Shown in pieces: positions 28,362-40,453 of a stretch of 64,000 nucleotides of DNA. The DNA is from an uncultured Clostridium sp. (GTDB lineage Bacteria > Bacillota > Clostridia > TANB77 > CAG-508), in NCBI GenBank assembly GCA_947367845.1, contig CANBES010000001.1:36437-100436 (forward strand), given 5' to 3'. The number at the start of each line of letters is the position of its first letter. Position 1 is the first letter of the stretch. The notes beneath the pieces were generated by a model. The model worked only from the letters and a program-made list of their open reading frames with translations, had not been told where the DNA came from and ran no database searches. Made by a program: the position numbers and the translations under genes.

Positions 28362-30044
28362 GTGGAAAAAAAGAAGAAATCAGCTTTATATGTAAGGGTT
28401 TCAACCACTCATCAGATTGACAAAGATTCTTTACCTTTGCAAAGAAGCGATTTAACAAATTATACAAAATATGTATTAGGAATTGATGATTTTGAAATAT
28501 TTGAGGATGCAGGTTATTCTGGTGGAACAACCGACAGACCCGCATATCAAGATATGATGAATAGAATTAAAAAAGGAGAATTCACACATCTAATTGTATG
28601 GAAGATTGACCGTATTAGCAGAAACTTACGAGATTTCTCAGAAATGTATGATGAATTAAAAAAATATAATGTAACTTTTATTTCAAGAAACGAACAATTT
28701 GATACATCTACAGCTATGGGTGAGGCAATGCTAAAAATCATATTAGTATTTGCAGAACTTGAAAGAAAACTAACAGGAGAACGTGTTTTTTCTGTTATGA
28801 TTTCTCGTGCTCAAAAAGGTTTATGGAATGGTGCTACGATTCCACTAGGTTATGAATGGGATCCAGAAATAAAATTTCCTAGACCATATGACAATGAAGC
28901 AAAAGTGGTTCAGTATATTTATGACCAGTATGAAATAATAAAGTCCACTACAAAATTAGCTAAAAAATTAAATATTGAAAAGATTCCAACAAAAAGAAAT
29001 GGTACTTGGACCCCTCGTACAGTTGGAAGCATACTTACAAATCCTTTTTATATTGGAACATATCGTTATAACACCAAAACTAGAAAAACTCGAAGATGGA
29101 AAGACAAAAGCGAATGGGTTGTTGTAGAAGATAATCATCAAGCCATAATTAATAAAGAACAATTTGAAAGGGTGGAAAAAATTATTCAAGGAAATTATAA
29201 GGGTGATAAAAATTACCAAAGAACAAACAATAAAGTTCATATTCTTTCTGGAATAGCAAGTTGTCACAAATGTGGAAAGAAAATGCATTCTGGATTGGAT
29301 CGTGCTAGAAAAGAAGGTTTTACTCCTTCTAGATACACATGTTATGCTTTTAATGTTAATTATACCTGTGCAAACTATTCTAGTGATTTAGCAATATTAC
29401 CAGGATTAATAAATTATATTGCTAACTATATGACATTACAAGAAAGAATCACATCAAAGCATTCTTTACGTGATATGGAAAGCATTTTATTGCGTGGAAA
29501 ATATTTTGAAGACATAGATCATATTGAAAAACAAGATTTAAAAAACACTTATGATTTATTAATTAATAATACCCTTGTTACTTATAATTCATTTGAAAAA
29601 GAAAAACAAGAAATAATTATAAGTCAAAATGCAATTTATGAAGCAGAAAAAGAAAAATATGAAAAAGCATTGAAACGATTAGATGATCTTTATCTTTATG
29701 ATGTCGATTCTATGAGTCAAAAAGACTTTGTAATTAAACGTAAGGAAATTTCTGATAAAATTGAAAGTGTAAATAAAAAAATACAAGAAGTAAAATTGAA
29801 TGATACACCTTTTATTAATAATAACGATTTCAATGTATTGTCAAAAGCAAGTTTTTATTTATTAACTAAAAATTTATCAAGTGTAAAAAATATTGATGTA
29901 ATATCTTTATTGAATGATTTGGATAAACAAACTATAAAAGATTTTATAAATACAATCATTGCTGATGTTTCTGTAGAAAGAGGAAAAATCTATAATATTA
30001 CTTTCAAAAATGGAATAACACATCACTTTAATTATAAAAATTAA
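28362..30044 (+). CDS. int: Large serine recombinase (phage integrase)
   Basis: Catalytic motif YVRVSTTHQ, a recombinase domain and a CHKCGKK zinc ribbon. 560 aa, GTG start. Confidence 0.8.
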   Translation: MEKKKKSALYVRVSTTHQIDKDSLPLQRSDLTNYTKYVLGIDDFEIFEDAGYSGGTTDRPAYQDMMNRIKKGEFTHLIVWKIDRISRNLRDFSEMYDELKKYNVTFISRNEQFDTSTAMGEAMLKIILVFAELERKLTGERVFSVMISRAQKGLWNGATIPLGYEWDPEIKFPRPYDNEAKVVQYIYDQYEIIKSTTKLAKKLNIEKIPTKRNGTWTPRTVGSILTNPFYIGTYRYNTKTRKTRRWKDKSEWVVVEDNHQAIINKEQFERVEKIIQGNYKGDKNYQRTNNKVHILSGIASCHKCGKKMHSGLDRARKEGFTPSRYTCYAFNVNYTCANYSSDLAILPGLINYIANYMTLQERITSKHSLRDMESILLRGKYFEDIDHIEKQDLKNTYDLLINNTLVTYNSFEKEKQEIIISQNAIYEAEKEKYEKALKRLDDLYLYDVDSMSQKDFVIKRKEISDKIESVNKKIQEVKLNDTPFINNNDFNVLSKASFYLLTKNLSSVKNIDVISLLNDLDKQTIKDFINTIIADVSVERGKIYNITFKNGITHHFNYKN

Positions 30045-30060
30045 TAAAAAATATCAAAAA

Positions 30061-30098
30061 CGCCCAAGTGGTTTTTACTTACAGCCACTTGGGTTTTG
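30061..30098 (+). terminator. Rho-independent terminator after int
   Basis: Stem CCCAAGTGG / CCACTTGGG followed by a T-run. Confidence 0.5.
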
Positions 30099-30196
30099 TC
30101 ATATCATATTTGATTATACACACGGACAACCTAGTGTGATAAATGCTACTTTTTTCATCTTATCTCCTTGCTTTTTCTTTTAGTACATTTTTGAGT

Positions 30197-31210
30197 TTAT
30201 TTTCTTGCCTTTCCTTCTAATGCATCTAAGTTATCTAATGCTTTTCCTGTTCCTAGTGCTACACATGATACTGTGTCTTGTGCTATCATTACATTTATTC
30301 CTGTTTTTTCTTGTAATAATTTGTCTAGTCCGTCTACTAAGCATCCTCCACCTGTCATATATATTCCTTTGTCACTTATGTCTGCTGCTAATTCTGGTGG
30401 TGTTCTTTCTAATACACTGTGTACTGCGTCCACTATCATCATTGCTGGTTCTATTAGTGCTTCTAGCATTTCACTTGAATATACTGTTATTGTTTTTGGT
30501 AATCCTGTTGATAGGTCTCTTCCCCTTATTTGCATATCTGTGTCTTGGATTTTTGGGAATACACATCCGATATTTACTTTTAGATCTTCTGCTGTTCTTT
30601 CTCCTATTACCATGTTGTGTTTTTTCTTGATGTATTTTACGATGTATTCGTCAAACCTATCTCCTGCAACTTTTAGTGATGTACTTACAACTGACCCTCC
30701 TAATGATATTACTGCTATGTCTGTTGTTCCTCCACCTATGTCTACTACCATATTTCCACATGGTTTTGATATGTCTATTCCAGCTCCGATTGCTGCTGCA
30801 ATTGGTTCTTCAATTAAATATACTTTTCTTGCTCCTGCTTGTGATGCCGCATCTATTACTGCTTTTTTCTCTACTTCTGTTACTTGTGATGGTATGCATA
30901 TCATTATTCTTGGTGCAAAGATAAATTTTCCACATATTTTGTTTATGAAGTATTTTAGCATTTTTTCAGTTACTGTGTAGTCTGAAATTACTCCATCTCT
31001 TAGTGGTCTTGTCGCTACTATGTTACCTGGTGTTCTACCTAGCATTTTTCTTGCTTCTTGTCCAACTGCTAGAACATCCCCTGTTATGTTGTTAACTGCA
31101 ACAACAGATGGCTCTCTTAATACTATTCCTTTTCCTTTTACATATGCTATTACTGTTGCTGTTCCTAAATCGATACCGATATCTTGCCCCATTTTAAACA
31201 TGCTTTTCAT
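30197..31210 (-). CDS. mreB: Rod-shape determining actin homolog MreB/Mbl
   Basis: IGIDLGTATVIAYVKGKGIVLREPSVVAV and full-length colinearity. Confidence 0.8.
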   Translation of the reverse strand: MKSMFKMGQDIGIDLGTATVIAYVKGKGIVLREPSVVAVNNITGDVLAVGQEARKMLGRTPGNIVATRPLRDGVISDYTVTEKMLKYFINKICGKFIFAPRIMICIPSQVTEVEKKAVIDAASQAGARKVYLIEEPIAAAIGAGIDISKPCGNMVVDIGGGTTDIAVISLGGSVVSTSLKVAGDRFDEYIVKYIKKKHNMVIGERTAEDLKVNIGCVFPKIQDTDMQIRGRDLSTGLPKTITVYSSEMLEALIEPAMMIVDAVHSVLERTPPELAADISDKGIYMTGGGCLVDGLDKLLQEKTGINVMIAQDTVSCVALGTGKALDNLDALEGKARK

Positions 31211-31354
31211 CCTTCCTTAACATTTTATTTCTCTTTTATTACAAATGTATTACGATTATATTACAAGTATTCAAATTTATCAACCCTTTTCATTGAATTT
31301 TTTATTTTTTTATATTATAATGTTTATAGTTGATTTATTTATTCAGGAGGAATT

Positions 31355-31796
31355 TATGGAACACTATAAATTTATAGCCAAAAATGAAGAAGATACAAAG
31401 AAATTCGCACAAAAGCTAGCATCAAAATTAAAGCTAAAAGACGTGGTTGTTTTGACTGGTGAACTTGGCTCTGGCAAAACTAAATTTGTGGAAGGGTTTC
31501 TATCTTATTATGGTTTAGAAAATGAAATTTCTAGCCCTACTTTCACAATTGTAAACGAATATAATAAAGACGATATAAATATTTATCACTTCGATGTTTA
31601 TCGTTTAGAAGACTCTTCAGAATTTTACGAAATTGGTGGAGAAGAATATTTTGAAAGTGGTATTTGTTTAATCGAATGGGGAGAATTAATTGCAGATGCA
31701 CTTCCTAAAGATTATATTCATATTGTCTTCAAAAAAGATGATGAAAACGAAGATATGAGAATTCTAGAAATTAGCTCAAAGGAGATTTTAGTATGA
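31355..31796 (+). CDS. tsaE: tRNA t6A37 biosynthesis ATPase TsaE
   Basis: Walker A GELGSGKT with an RBS-supported start. The ORF track start at 31245 is upstream. Confidence 0.75.
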
Positions 31797-32578
31797 AAAT
31801 TTTAAGTATAGACACATCAAGTAATGTATGTGGAGTTTCAATTTTGGAAGATGAAAATTTAATATGCAAATTAGACACAAATACAGGAAGAACACATTCA
31901 GAAAATTTAATACCAATGATAGACGAAGCTTTGAAAGAAGCTGAATTAAAGCCAACTGACATCAACTTAATTGTTTGTGATATCGGACCTGGCTCATTTA
32001 CAGGAATTAGAATTGGCGTTGCTACTGCAAAAGCATTTTCTGACAGCTTAAATATCCCAAGTGTTGGAATTAGCTCACTAGAAACTTTGGCTTACAAAGC
32101 GATGTTTTTGGGGACGGAGCAAAAAAACATCAGTCAAACATTTGAAAATAAAGTTGAAAGGTTTCAAAATGAGATTAAATATGTATGTAGCATAATTGAT
32201 TGCAAAAACGATAATTGCTATTTTGCATTATATGAGAAAAAAAGTGATAGTTTGATAACTTTAATTGAGCCTCAAGCTGAAAGTGTTGAAGACGCTTTGG
32301 CTATTTTAAATAGTTACTCTCAAGATAACTTAAACGATGCTCAAATTACTTTTGTTGGTGATGGTGCTGAAATTTATAAGTCTGAAATTATACAAATTTT
32401 TGAGAACAGCAAATTTTTATCACCTGAGTTCAATATTTTGAGTTCTGATGCTTTGGCTTTGGCTGGGTTGTCTAAGTTCAATTCTGGAATAGAACTTGAT
32501 GAGGTTTTGCCTTTATATTTGAAGAAGCCACAGGCCCAAAGACAGTTAGAAGAAAAAGAAAATCAACAACTTGATTAA
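31793..32578 (+). CDS. tsaB: tRNA t6A37 biosynthesis protein TsaB (YeaZ); contains an in-frame copy of a dispersed hairpin repeat
   Basis: MKILSIDTSS...GPGSFTGIRIGV. The start overlaps the tsaE stop. Confidence 0.75.
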   Translation: MKILSIDTSSNVCGVSILEDENLICKLDTNTGRTHSENLIPMIDEALKEAELKPTDINLIVCDIGPGSFTGIRIGVATAKAFSDSLNIPSVGISSLETLAYKAMFLGTEQKNISQTFENKVERFQNEIKYVCSIIDCKNDNCYFALYEKKSDSLITLIEPQAESVEDALAILNSYSQDNLNDAQITFVGDGAEIYKSEIIQIFENSKFLSPEFNILSSDALALAGLSKFNSGIELDEVLPLYLKKPQAQRQLEEKENQQLD

Positions 32579-32799
32579 AATTATAAAAAATCTAAATTAT
32601 TTATAATTACTGGCAAATTTTCATAAATAAAAATTTCCCTTAAAATATATTTTTGTACTTATTACACATAACATATTTTAAGGGTTTTTATTTATGGTTT
32701 CAATTTAGTATTAACATTATTCCTTCCAAAACACTGCTCTTAAGCCATATGGGCAGCTCCAAGGTGCACCTGATATACAGAAATAATACTTATAATCTT

Positions 32800-34722
32800 T
32801 TACCAAGAGCCTCCGCCTCCACCTCCAGAGCCTCCACCAGATGAGCCCCCTCCAGAGCCTCCAGAACTTGACGGACTTGATGACATTGCATTTGATATTG
32901 ACGAATATGTTGAATTCATAAAACTATTAAAAGAACGTGTACTAAAACTTGTATAACCATAATACCAATGAGGTGCTTCCAAAGCAATATCTTCAAATTT
33001 CTTTATCCATTTACTTGAAACACCTAAAGCATACGTATATGGTAAAATATTATAAAAATATTCTGGATCTTCCATTACTAATTGTTCTAATCTAGGTTTC
33101 TCTGCCATTTCTAAGAATTTTTTAAATCCTTGTATTTTTCCTAACATCTCTCTTCCGTATTCTGTTCTTCTTTTTATAACTGCCAAGAAAATTATCAATA
33201 TTACCATACATGCACTATGTATTAAGAATTCAATCCAAAAGCTCATACTAGGCGAACCTTCTTCAAGAACCATACAGGTAAATCCTGTAATAACCAAAAA
33301 CAGAGAACTTAATATAACAGTTCCAACATTTGATTTATTATATAATAATACTAATGGTGCGATTAAACAGAATAGTATCATTACAAGTGCTTCAGCAATT
33401 CCAACCTTAATTACATAAAAACCATCCATAAGCATAAAGATTAAACCTATCATGATAAGTATAATTCTTCTTTTATCTAATGAATCTTTTTCAAATATTT
33501 TTTCCTTATTTTCTTTTTTATTTATATTTTCTCTAATTTTATTTAAAGTTATATAGAAACGATTGTATAAATCACTTCTCGTTACTTCCTCTTTAGCTTC
33601 ATATAAATCATTTGCTGAAATCTTAGTTTTTAATTGTTTTAATTCTTCTAGTTCTACTTCATCTTTTAATTTAATACCTTTAAATAAACCATTAAAGAAT
33701 TCTCTTTCATCTTCATTATCTCCGTCATATTCTTTAACCTTTATAATCTTAAAATTTTTAGATTTAAAAACTTTCAATGTTGTTTCTTCATATTCTTCAA
33801 TCCTCAAGTAACCTTTATTTGCTAGATATATTAGCAATGAAATAATATCTTTTTGCTCTGAATGACCATTATATATAAAAGCAACCTCTGCACTATTCAA
33901 ATCATCTGGAGGATAAAATTCAACAGTGTCAATAACCATTTTATCTCTTCCATACTTATTCCAAATAAAATAAGCAATTATAACACAAATTATAGAAATA
34001 GCTATTTTTAATAACATAGTATAATCAAAATTACTACTTGCCCCAACGAAATACCCCTCTGGCAATGTAAGTCTAACTGTTACACCTTGTCCAGCATGTA
34101 ATTCAGAATTTACTGAACCTTTTATAGTATTTCCTATTACATTATATGTTACATTAGAACTATTTGAAGAATATTTATATCCAGTTGAAAATCCTAATTT
34201 TGTTTTATCAAAACTCTTTGGCATTGTGATAGTAAAAGTAACATTATTTATACTTGTATCCCATTCAGTTCCTATTAAATTATAATATAATTCGTCTTCA
34301 TTTTTCAGTGGGTCTTTACCAATATTATATGTATATTTAATAGTATATGTTTTTATACCACTTACTGTTTTATTAGCATTTCCTATTTTTATAACCTTAT
34401 AGCCACTGTCATTTGAAGTTTTAAATTCATCACTTACACTTATATTAGTTATTTTTGTCCTATTGTTTGATGTTGTTCCATCTAATCTTTCTATTCTATT
34501 TTTTAATGGTATTTTTCTAAAAACACCATGTTTACCATAACTTGTAAAATTAACAGAAATTGTTTCTGTTATATCAAATGTGTTATCTTCATTTACTTTC
34601 ATATCTATATTATAAGCTTCTATTTCGTATCCACCACTACTACTAATTGCAAATATTTGATTGGGTAATAATATAGCTAATAATAAAATAAAGATACTTA
34701 TCTTCATTATCTTATGTTTCAT
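32800..34722 (-). CDS. DUF2207-family membrane protein with Gly/Ser-rich C-terminal tail
   Basis: Signal peptide, an extracellular domain, several TM segments, and a tail ending SSGGSGGGSSGGGSGGGGGGSW. Confidence 0.5.
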   Translation of the reverse strand: MKHKIMKISIFILLLAILLPNQIFAISSSGGYEIEAYNIDMKVNEDNTFDITETISVNFTSYGKHGVFRKIPLKNRIERLDGTTSNNRTKITNISVSDEFKTSNDSGYKVIKIGNANKTVSGIKTYTIKYTYNIGKDPLKNEDELYYNLIGTEWDTSINNVTFTITMPKSFDKTKLGFSTGYKYSSNSSNVTYNVIGNTIKGSVNSELHAGQGVTVRLTLPEGYFVGASSNFDYTMLLKIAISIICVIIAYFIWNKYGRDKMVIDTVEFYPPDDLNSAEVAFIYNGHSEQKDIISLLIYLANKGYLRIEEYEETTLKVFKSKNFKIIKVKEYDGDNEDEREFFNGLFKGIKLKDEVELEELKQLKTKISANDLYEAKEEVTRSDLYNRFYITLNKIRENINKKENKEKIFEKDSLDKRRIILIMIGLIFMLMDGFYVIKVGIAEALVMILFCLIAPLVLLYNKSNVGTVILSSLFLVITGFTCMVLEEGSPSMSFWIEFLIHSACMVILIIFLAVIKRRTEYGREMLGKIQGFKKFLEMAEKPRLEQLVMEDPEYFYNILPYTYALGVSSKWIKKFEDIALEAPHWYYGYTSFSTRSFNSFMNSTYSSISNAMSSSPSSSGGSGGGSSGGGSGGGGGGSW

Positions 34723-35271
34723 TTACAATTCCACCTTTACATTATCCTTTTCACTTGTATCTGCCTCAAACATTTTTGAAAGTTTAAAATTAAACATTTT
34801 TGCAACTATATTACTTGGAAACATTTCTATTTTAATGTTTAAATTTTTAACAACGGCATTATAATATTTTCTTGAATTAGCAATTTCATCTTCTATTTTT
34901 GATAATTGATTTGATAAATCAGAAAAATTCTGACTTGCTTTTAAATTTGGATAATTTTCTGCAACAGCCATTATCTTTGATAAACCAGCTGTTAATTGTT
35001 GGTTTGTATCAATTTTGTCTGTTAATGACATTTTGTCATAAGATAAATTTCTTAATTTCACTACTTCTTCAATCACACTACTTTCGTGTTTTGCATAACC
35101 TTTTACAACTTCTACCAAATTTGGTATTAGATCCCAACGTTTTTTTAAATAAACATCCATTGTAGAAAACGCTTCTTTTACCATATTAGTTAATTTAATA
35201 AAACTATTGTATTGTGCCAACACATATATAGCTATTAAAGCAACTACCGTAATTATAATATACAATAACAT
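34723..35271 (-). CDS. lemA: LemA family protein
   Basis: N-terminal TM followed by LemA-like sequence. Adjacent to the DUF2207 gene, a conserved pairing. Confidence 0.6.
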   Translation of the reverse strand: MLLYIIITVVALIAIYVLAQYNSFIKLTNMVKEAFSTMDVYLKKRWDLIPNLVEVVKGYAKHESSVIEEVVKLRNLSYDKMSLTDKIDTNQQLTAGLSKIMAVAENYPNLKASQNFSDLSNQLSKIEDEIANSRKYYNAVVKNLNIKIEMFPSNIVAKMFNFKLSKMFEADTSEKDNVKVEL

Positions 35272-35371
35272 TTCACATACCCTCTTATTCTTTTTTATAC
35301 TATCTATTTCACTATAAAACCTCATCTTCTAAAAATTAAATACTTCATATGAAATTGACAATTAAAATATA

Positions 35372-35872
35372 TTACTTAATCTCAATTAAAATTTCTCTAT
35401 GATTATCTGTATTTATTTTACTATATTTCACTCCACATTCATCAAACAATTTTCTTGAAGCAATATTGTTTTCAGAAGTAGCATACTTATCAGACAAATA
35501 AATAACTTCTTTAATTCCTGATTGAATAATTATTTTTGCACATTCATTGCAAGGGAACAAATCAACATAAATTTTAGCATCTTCTAAATCTTTTTTGCTA
35601 CCTCTATAATTCAAAATCGCATTCATTTCTGCATGGCATACATATGGATATTTAGTATCTAAATTTTTTCCTTCTCTACCCCAAGGGAAACTTTCGTCAT
35701 CAAATCCATTTGGTGCTCCATTGTATCCAATTGATAGAATTCTGTTATCATTACTTACTATGCATGCTCCTACTTGTGTTGATGGGTCTTTACTTCTCAT
35801 TGCTGATAATTTAGCTATCGCCATAAAATATTCATCCCATCCTAAATAATCTTCTCTTTTTTCTCCACTCAT
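35372..35872 (-). CDS. dCMP deaminase (ComEB-like)
   Basis: CHAEMNAI and PCNECAK zinc-binding motifs. Confidence 0.7.
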   Translation of the reverse strand: MSGEKREDYLGWDEYFMAIAKLSAMRSKDPSTQVGACIVSNDNRILSIGYNGAPNGFDDESFPWGREGKNLDTKYPYVCHAEMNAILNYRGSKKDLEDAKIYVDLFPCNECAKIIIQSGIKEVIYLSDKYATSENNIASRKLFDECGVKYSKINTDNHREILIEIK

Positions 35873-35907
35873 ACTATTACTCCTTCTATTTTTAAAGATG
35901 TGTCCCA

Positions 35908-37298
<1,391 letters not shown>

Positions 37299-37308
<10 letters not shown>

Positions 37309-38309
37309 TAGTCTAATTTCATTGCTTTTTTTACTTTTTTCATTGTTTCTTTTGCTACTTTTTGCGCTTTTGCTGTTCCTTCTATAAGTATTTTATCCAC
37401 TTCTTCTGGATGTGCTTCGTAATATGCTCTTTTTTCTCTTATTGGTCTTAATTCTTCTATTATATTTTTTGCAAGTTGCTTTTTACAAGCTACACATCCA
37501 CGTTTCCCTGCTTTGCATTCTTCACATACTGTTTTTACTTCTTCGTCTGTACTAAATAATTTATGGTAATATGCAACCATACATATATCAGGATTTCCTA
37601 AGTCATCTTTTTTTATTCTGTTTGGGTCTGTTACAGCCCCCATTACTTTTTTTGTTATTTCTTCTTCACTGTCTGATAGGTATATGGCATTTCCTAATGA
37701 TTTTCCCATTTTTGCATTTCCGTCTAGTCCTTTTATTCTTTTACCTTCTGACAATACTGCTTTTGGTTCTACTAGTACATCTCCATATATGCTATTGAAT
37801 TTTCTTACTATTTCATGACATTGTTCTATTAATGGTAATTGGTCTTCTCCTACTGGTATTAATTCTCCTTCAAATGCTGTTATGTCTGCTGCTTGGCTTA
37901 CTGGATATCCTAAAAATCCATATGTTACACTTTCTCCAAATAATTCTTTCTTTTGTGCTATTTCTGTTTTTACTGTTGGATTTCTTTGTAGTCTTGCTAT
38001 TGTTACTAAGTTTGAATAAAATACTGTTAGCTCTGCTACTTCTGGTATCATTGATTGTATGTATATTGTTGTTTTTTTAGGGTCTATTCCAACTGATAAA
38101 TAGTCTATTGCAACTTCTCTGATATTTTTTCTTACTTTTTCTGGATTATTGAAGTTGTCTGTTAATGCTTGAACATCTGCTATTAATATATATGGGTCAT
38201 ATTCTCCACTTTCTTGCATTTCTAATCTCTTTTTTAGTGAACCAAAATAGTGACCTATGTGTAATCTTCCTGTTGGTCTATCTCCTGTTATTATCCTTTT
38301 TTTACCCAT
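37299..38309 (-). CDS. trpS: Tryptophanyl-tRNA synthetase
   Basis: HIGH (GRLHIGH) and KMSKS-like (KMGKS) motifs. Confidence 0.85.
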
Positions 38310-38339
38310 AACTTCTCGCTCCTTTTCATTACTTTGCTT

Positions 38340-38368
38340 ATTATACTATATTTTATGAGATTTTACAA
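38340..38368 (-). promoter_or_regulatory. sigma-A promoter of trpS (TTGTAA-17-TATAAT)
   Basis: Minus-strand read is ttgtaaaatctcataaaatatagtataat, ~30 nt upstream of an AAAGGAG RBS. Confidence 0.4.
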
Positions 38369-38452
38369 GGTTTGTAGTATATAATTTGCTAGCAAGGAGT
38401 GTCCCTGTTGGCAAAAAACTGCCAAAAAGGTCCGTCCCCAATGGCATACCCG

Positions 38453-38479
38453 TCATACATATAAAAAGAGACTATATTC
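38453..38479 (-). terminator. Rho-independent terminator of GH13 gene
   Basis: AAAAGAGACTAtattcTAGTCTCTTTT. Confidence 0.5.
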
Positions 38480-40359
38480 TAGTCTCTTTTCGCATTACTT
38501 TTCAGGATTGCAATTCCTCCATATGGTAACAAATAGTTGGTCGTTCCGTTTAGTGCAAATACATCATTCCCATTTTTAAATTCGTCTGGCACTGTTATAT
38601 TTCTTGTAATTTCACCACGATTAAGTGCTACATACAAAGAGTTTTTTTCATTTTCTCTTTTGAAAATAAACAGGTCAGAGTCCTTATATAATACTTCAGG
38701 ATTGCAATTTTCTGATACAAATTTCTTTCTAAAGTTTCCAATTTCTTGGTAGAACGAAAGCAGTTCTTTGTCTTCTTGTCCCCAATTATAACATTTTCTG
38801 TTAAATGGGTCTTTCCAACCATATAGTCCTGATTCTGTTCCATAGTATACACAAGGGTTTCCTAAGAAGAAGTATTGAAGCATTGTTCCTACCTTTAGCA
38901 AGTTCTTAGCATATTGATATTCTTCATAACTTAGATTTTCGTTTTCATATTCAAAACTTCTAAATCCGTCAGTATCGAAGTAGTTATATCCTTTATGCCA
39001 AGGAGATGGCTGTTCATCAATTTTCCAGATATCCATAATGCCTGTTCTCATATATTGCTTTTTTGCAAATATGGTCATAACTCTTATGATATCATGTGTG
39101 TCTAGTGAAAAGAGTAAGCTATCCAATGTTTCTTGAGGATAATTTTCTACCAATTCTTTCATTTTTGCTTCTAAGTATCCGCTTTCTCCATAAGCTAAAT
39201 ATTTCAAAGCTGCATTTGTTATTGGATAACATGTTGGTACGTCTAGTCCTGTTCCTAATACTTCCAGTTCTACGTCGTCCCAATATTCTCCTACAATAAA
39301 TCTTGCTTTTTCTTTATTAGCTCTGGTTCGAATTCCTTCTAAGAAAAATGGTGGCAGGGCTTCTGCTAAGTCTAATCTAAATCCGTCTACGTATTTAGAA
39401 TATTTAGCAATTACGCCATTTTCTCCATACACATAATTTTGATAATCTTGGTTCCATAAGTTAAATTCTGGCATATCGCTAAAACCATACCAAAACCTTA
39501 TGTTGCCATTTTCATCTCTGCTAAACCAGTCTCTATAAACAGAATTTGGATTGTTCAGCGCATCTAAATAAATAGGGTTATCACTACAACAATGGTTAAA
39601 TGCAACGTCCAAAATAAGATACATTCCCTTGCTCAAAGCTTTTTTATGTAGTCTGTTCAAATCTTCGAACGTTCCTACAATTGGGTCTATTTCCATATGG
39701 TCTGTTGCTGCATACCTATCGTATCTGAGAGTACTTAAATTAATAGGTGACAAATATAGAATTTCTACTCCTAGACTTTCTAAATAATCTAGTTTTTCTT
39801 CAATTCCTTTTAGGTTTCCACCAAAAAAGTCATTGTTGTGGAAATGTCCATTTTCGTCTCTTCCCCAGTTAACCTGATGTCCCCATATACGATATTTCCG
39901 TTCTGGCTGTTGTTCTACAACATAATTTGGGCTTTTGTTAAATCTGTCTACAAAAATTTGATAGACTATTTTTCCTTTTGCCCATTCAGGTACGGTGTAA
40001 TCATTGTGAATAAGCACTCGCCAATATGGCGATTCTCCTTCTGTGATAAACGCTTGGTTTGTTTCCCTACTGATTTTGATTGCTTTTTCTTTTCCGTCAA
40101 TTTTTACAAGAAAAAAGAAGAAGTATTCTCCGAGCTTATTAAATTGTACTTTTGTACAATATGTCTCGTAATTTTCTTCTTCTTTTGTTTTTTGTAATTC
40201 TTGTATTATTGATGGATTTTCTCCAAATTTGTTAAATAGTACTTTAAGGTTTTCTACTTTTCCTACTTCTTTTGGAATTTCTACTCTTATTTCGAGTTCT
40301 TTCCCTAGTGCAATTTTCCGTTCTTTAGGCATAAATTCTACTGTTAAATTGTTTTTCAT
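38479..40359 (-). CDS. GH13 alpha-amylase-family enzyme (neopullulanase/cyclomaltodextrinase-like)
   Basis: GH13 regions: GGNLKGIEEKLDYL, GFRLDLAEA, GEYWDD, LDTHD. Confidence 0.75.
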   Translation of the reverse strand: MKNNLTVEFMPKERKIALGKELEIRVEIPKEVGKVENLKVLFNKFGENPSIIQELQKTKEEENYETYCTKVQFNKLGEYFFFFLVKIDGKEKAIKISRETNQAFITEGESPYWRVLIHNDYTVPEWAKGKIVYQIFVDRFNKSPNYVVEQQPERKYRIWGHQVNWGRDENGHFHNNDFFGGNLKGIEEKLDYLESLGVEILYLSPINLSTLRYDRYAATDHMEIDPIVGTFEDLNRLHKKALSKGMYLILDVAFNHCCSDNPIYLDALNNPNSVYRDWFSRDENGNIRFWYGFSDMPEFNLWNQDYQNYVYGENGVIAKYSKYVDGFRLDLAEALPPFFLEGIRTRANKEKARFIVGEYWDDVELEVLGTGLDVPTCYPITNAALKYLAYGESGYLEAKMKELVENYPQETLDSLLFSLDTHDIIRVMTIFAKKQYMRTGIMDIWKIDEQPSPWHKGYNYFDTDGFRSFEYENENLSYEEYQYAKNLLKVGTMLQYFFLGNPCVYYGTESGLYGWKDPFNRKCYNWGQEDKELLSFYQEIGNFRKKFVSENCNPEVLYKDSDLFIFKRENEKNSLYVALNRGEITRNITVPDEFKNGNDVFALNGTTNYLLPYGGIAILKSNAKRD

Positions 40360-40453
40360 GCTTTTTTCCTCTCTTTACTTAAAGTGTCGGATTTTGTCAC
40401 TATTTGTTACATCTTCACTTTACTATATTTATTGATTATTGTCAATAGATTTC

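Larger units (their letters stand above)
1..30110 (-). mobile_element. Integrated temperate siphovirus-like prophage (partial; left end outside window); right end between int terminator (~30098) and mreB stop (30197)
   Basis: Contiguous head, packaging, MTase, replication, recombination and lysogeny genes end with a large serine recombinase, which is followed directly by host housekeeping genes. Confidence 0.8.

Noticed and set aside
38310-38478. Possible T-box leader upstream of trpS.
   Set aside because: Only ~170 nt, mostly occupied by a terminator, a dispersed repeat and a sigma-A promoter. No T-box consensus (AGGGTGGNACCGCG) was found.
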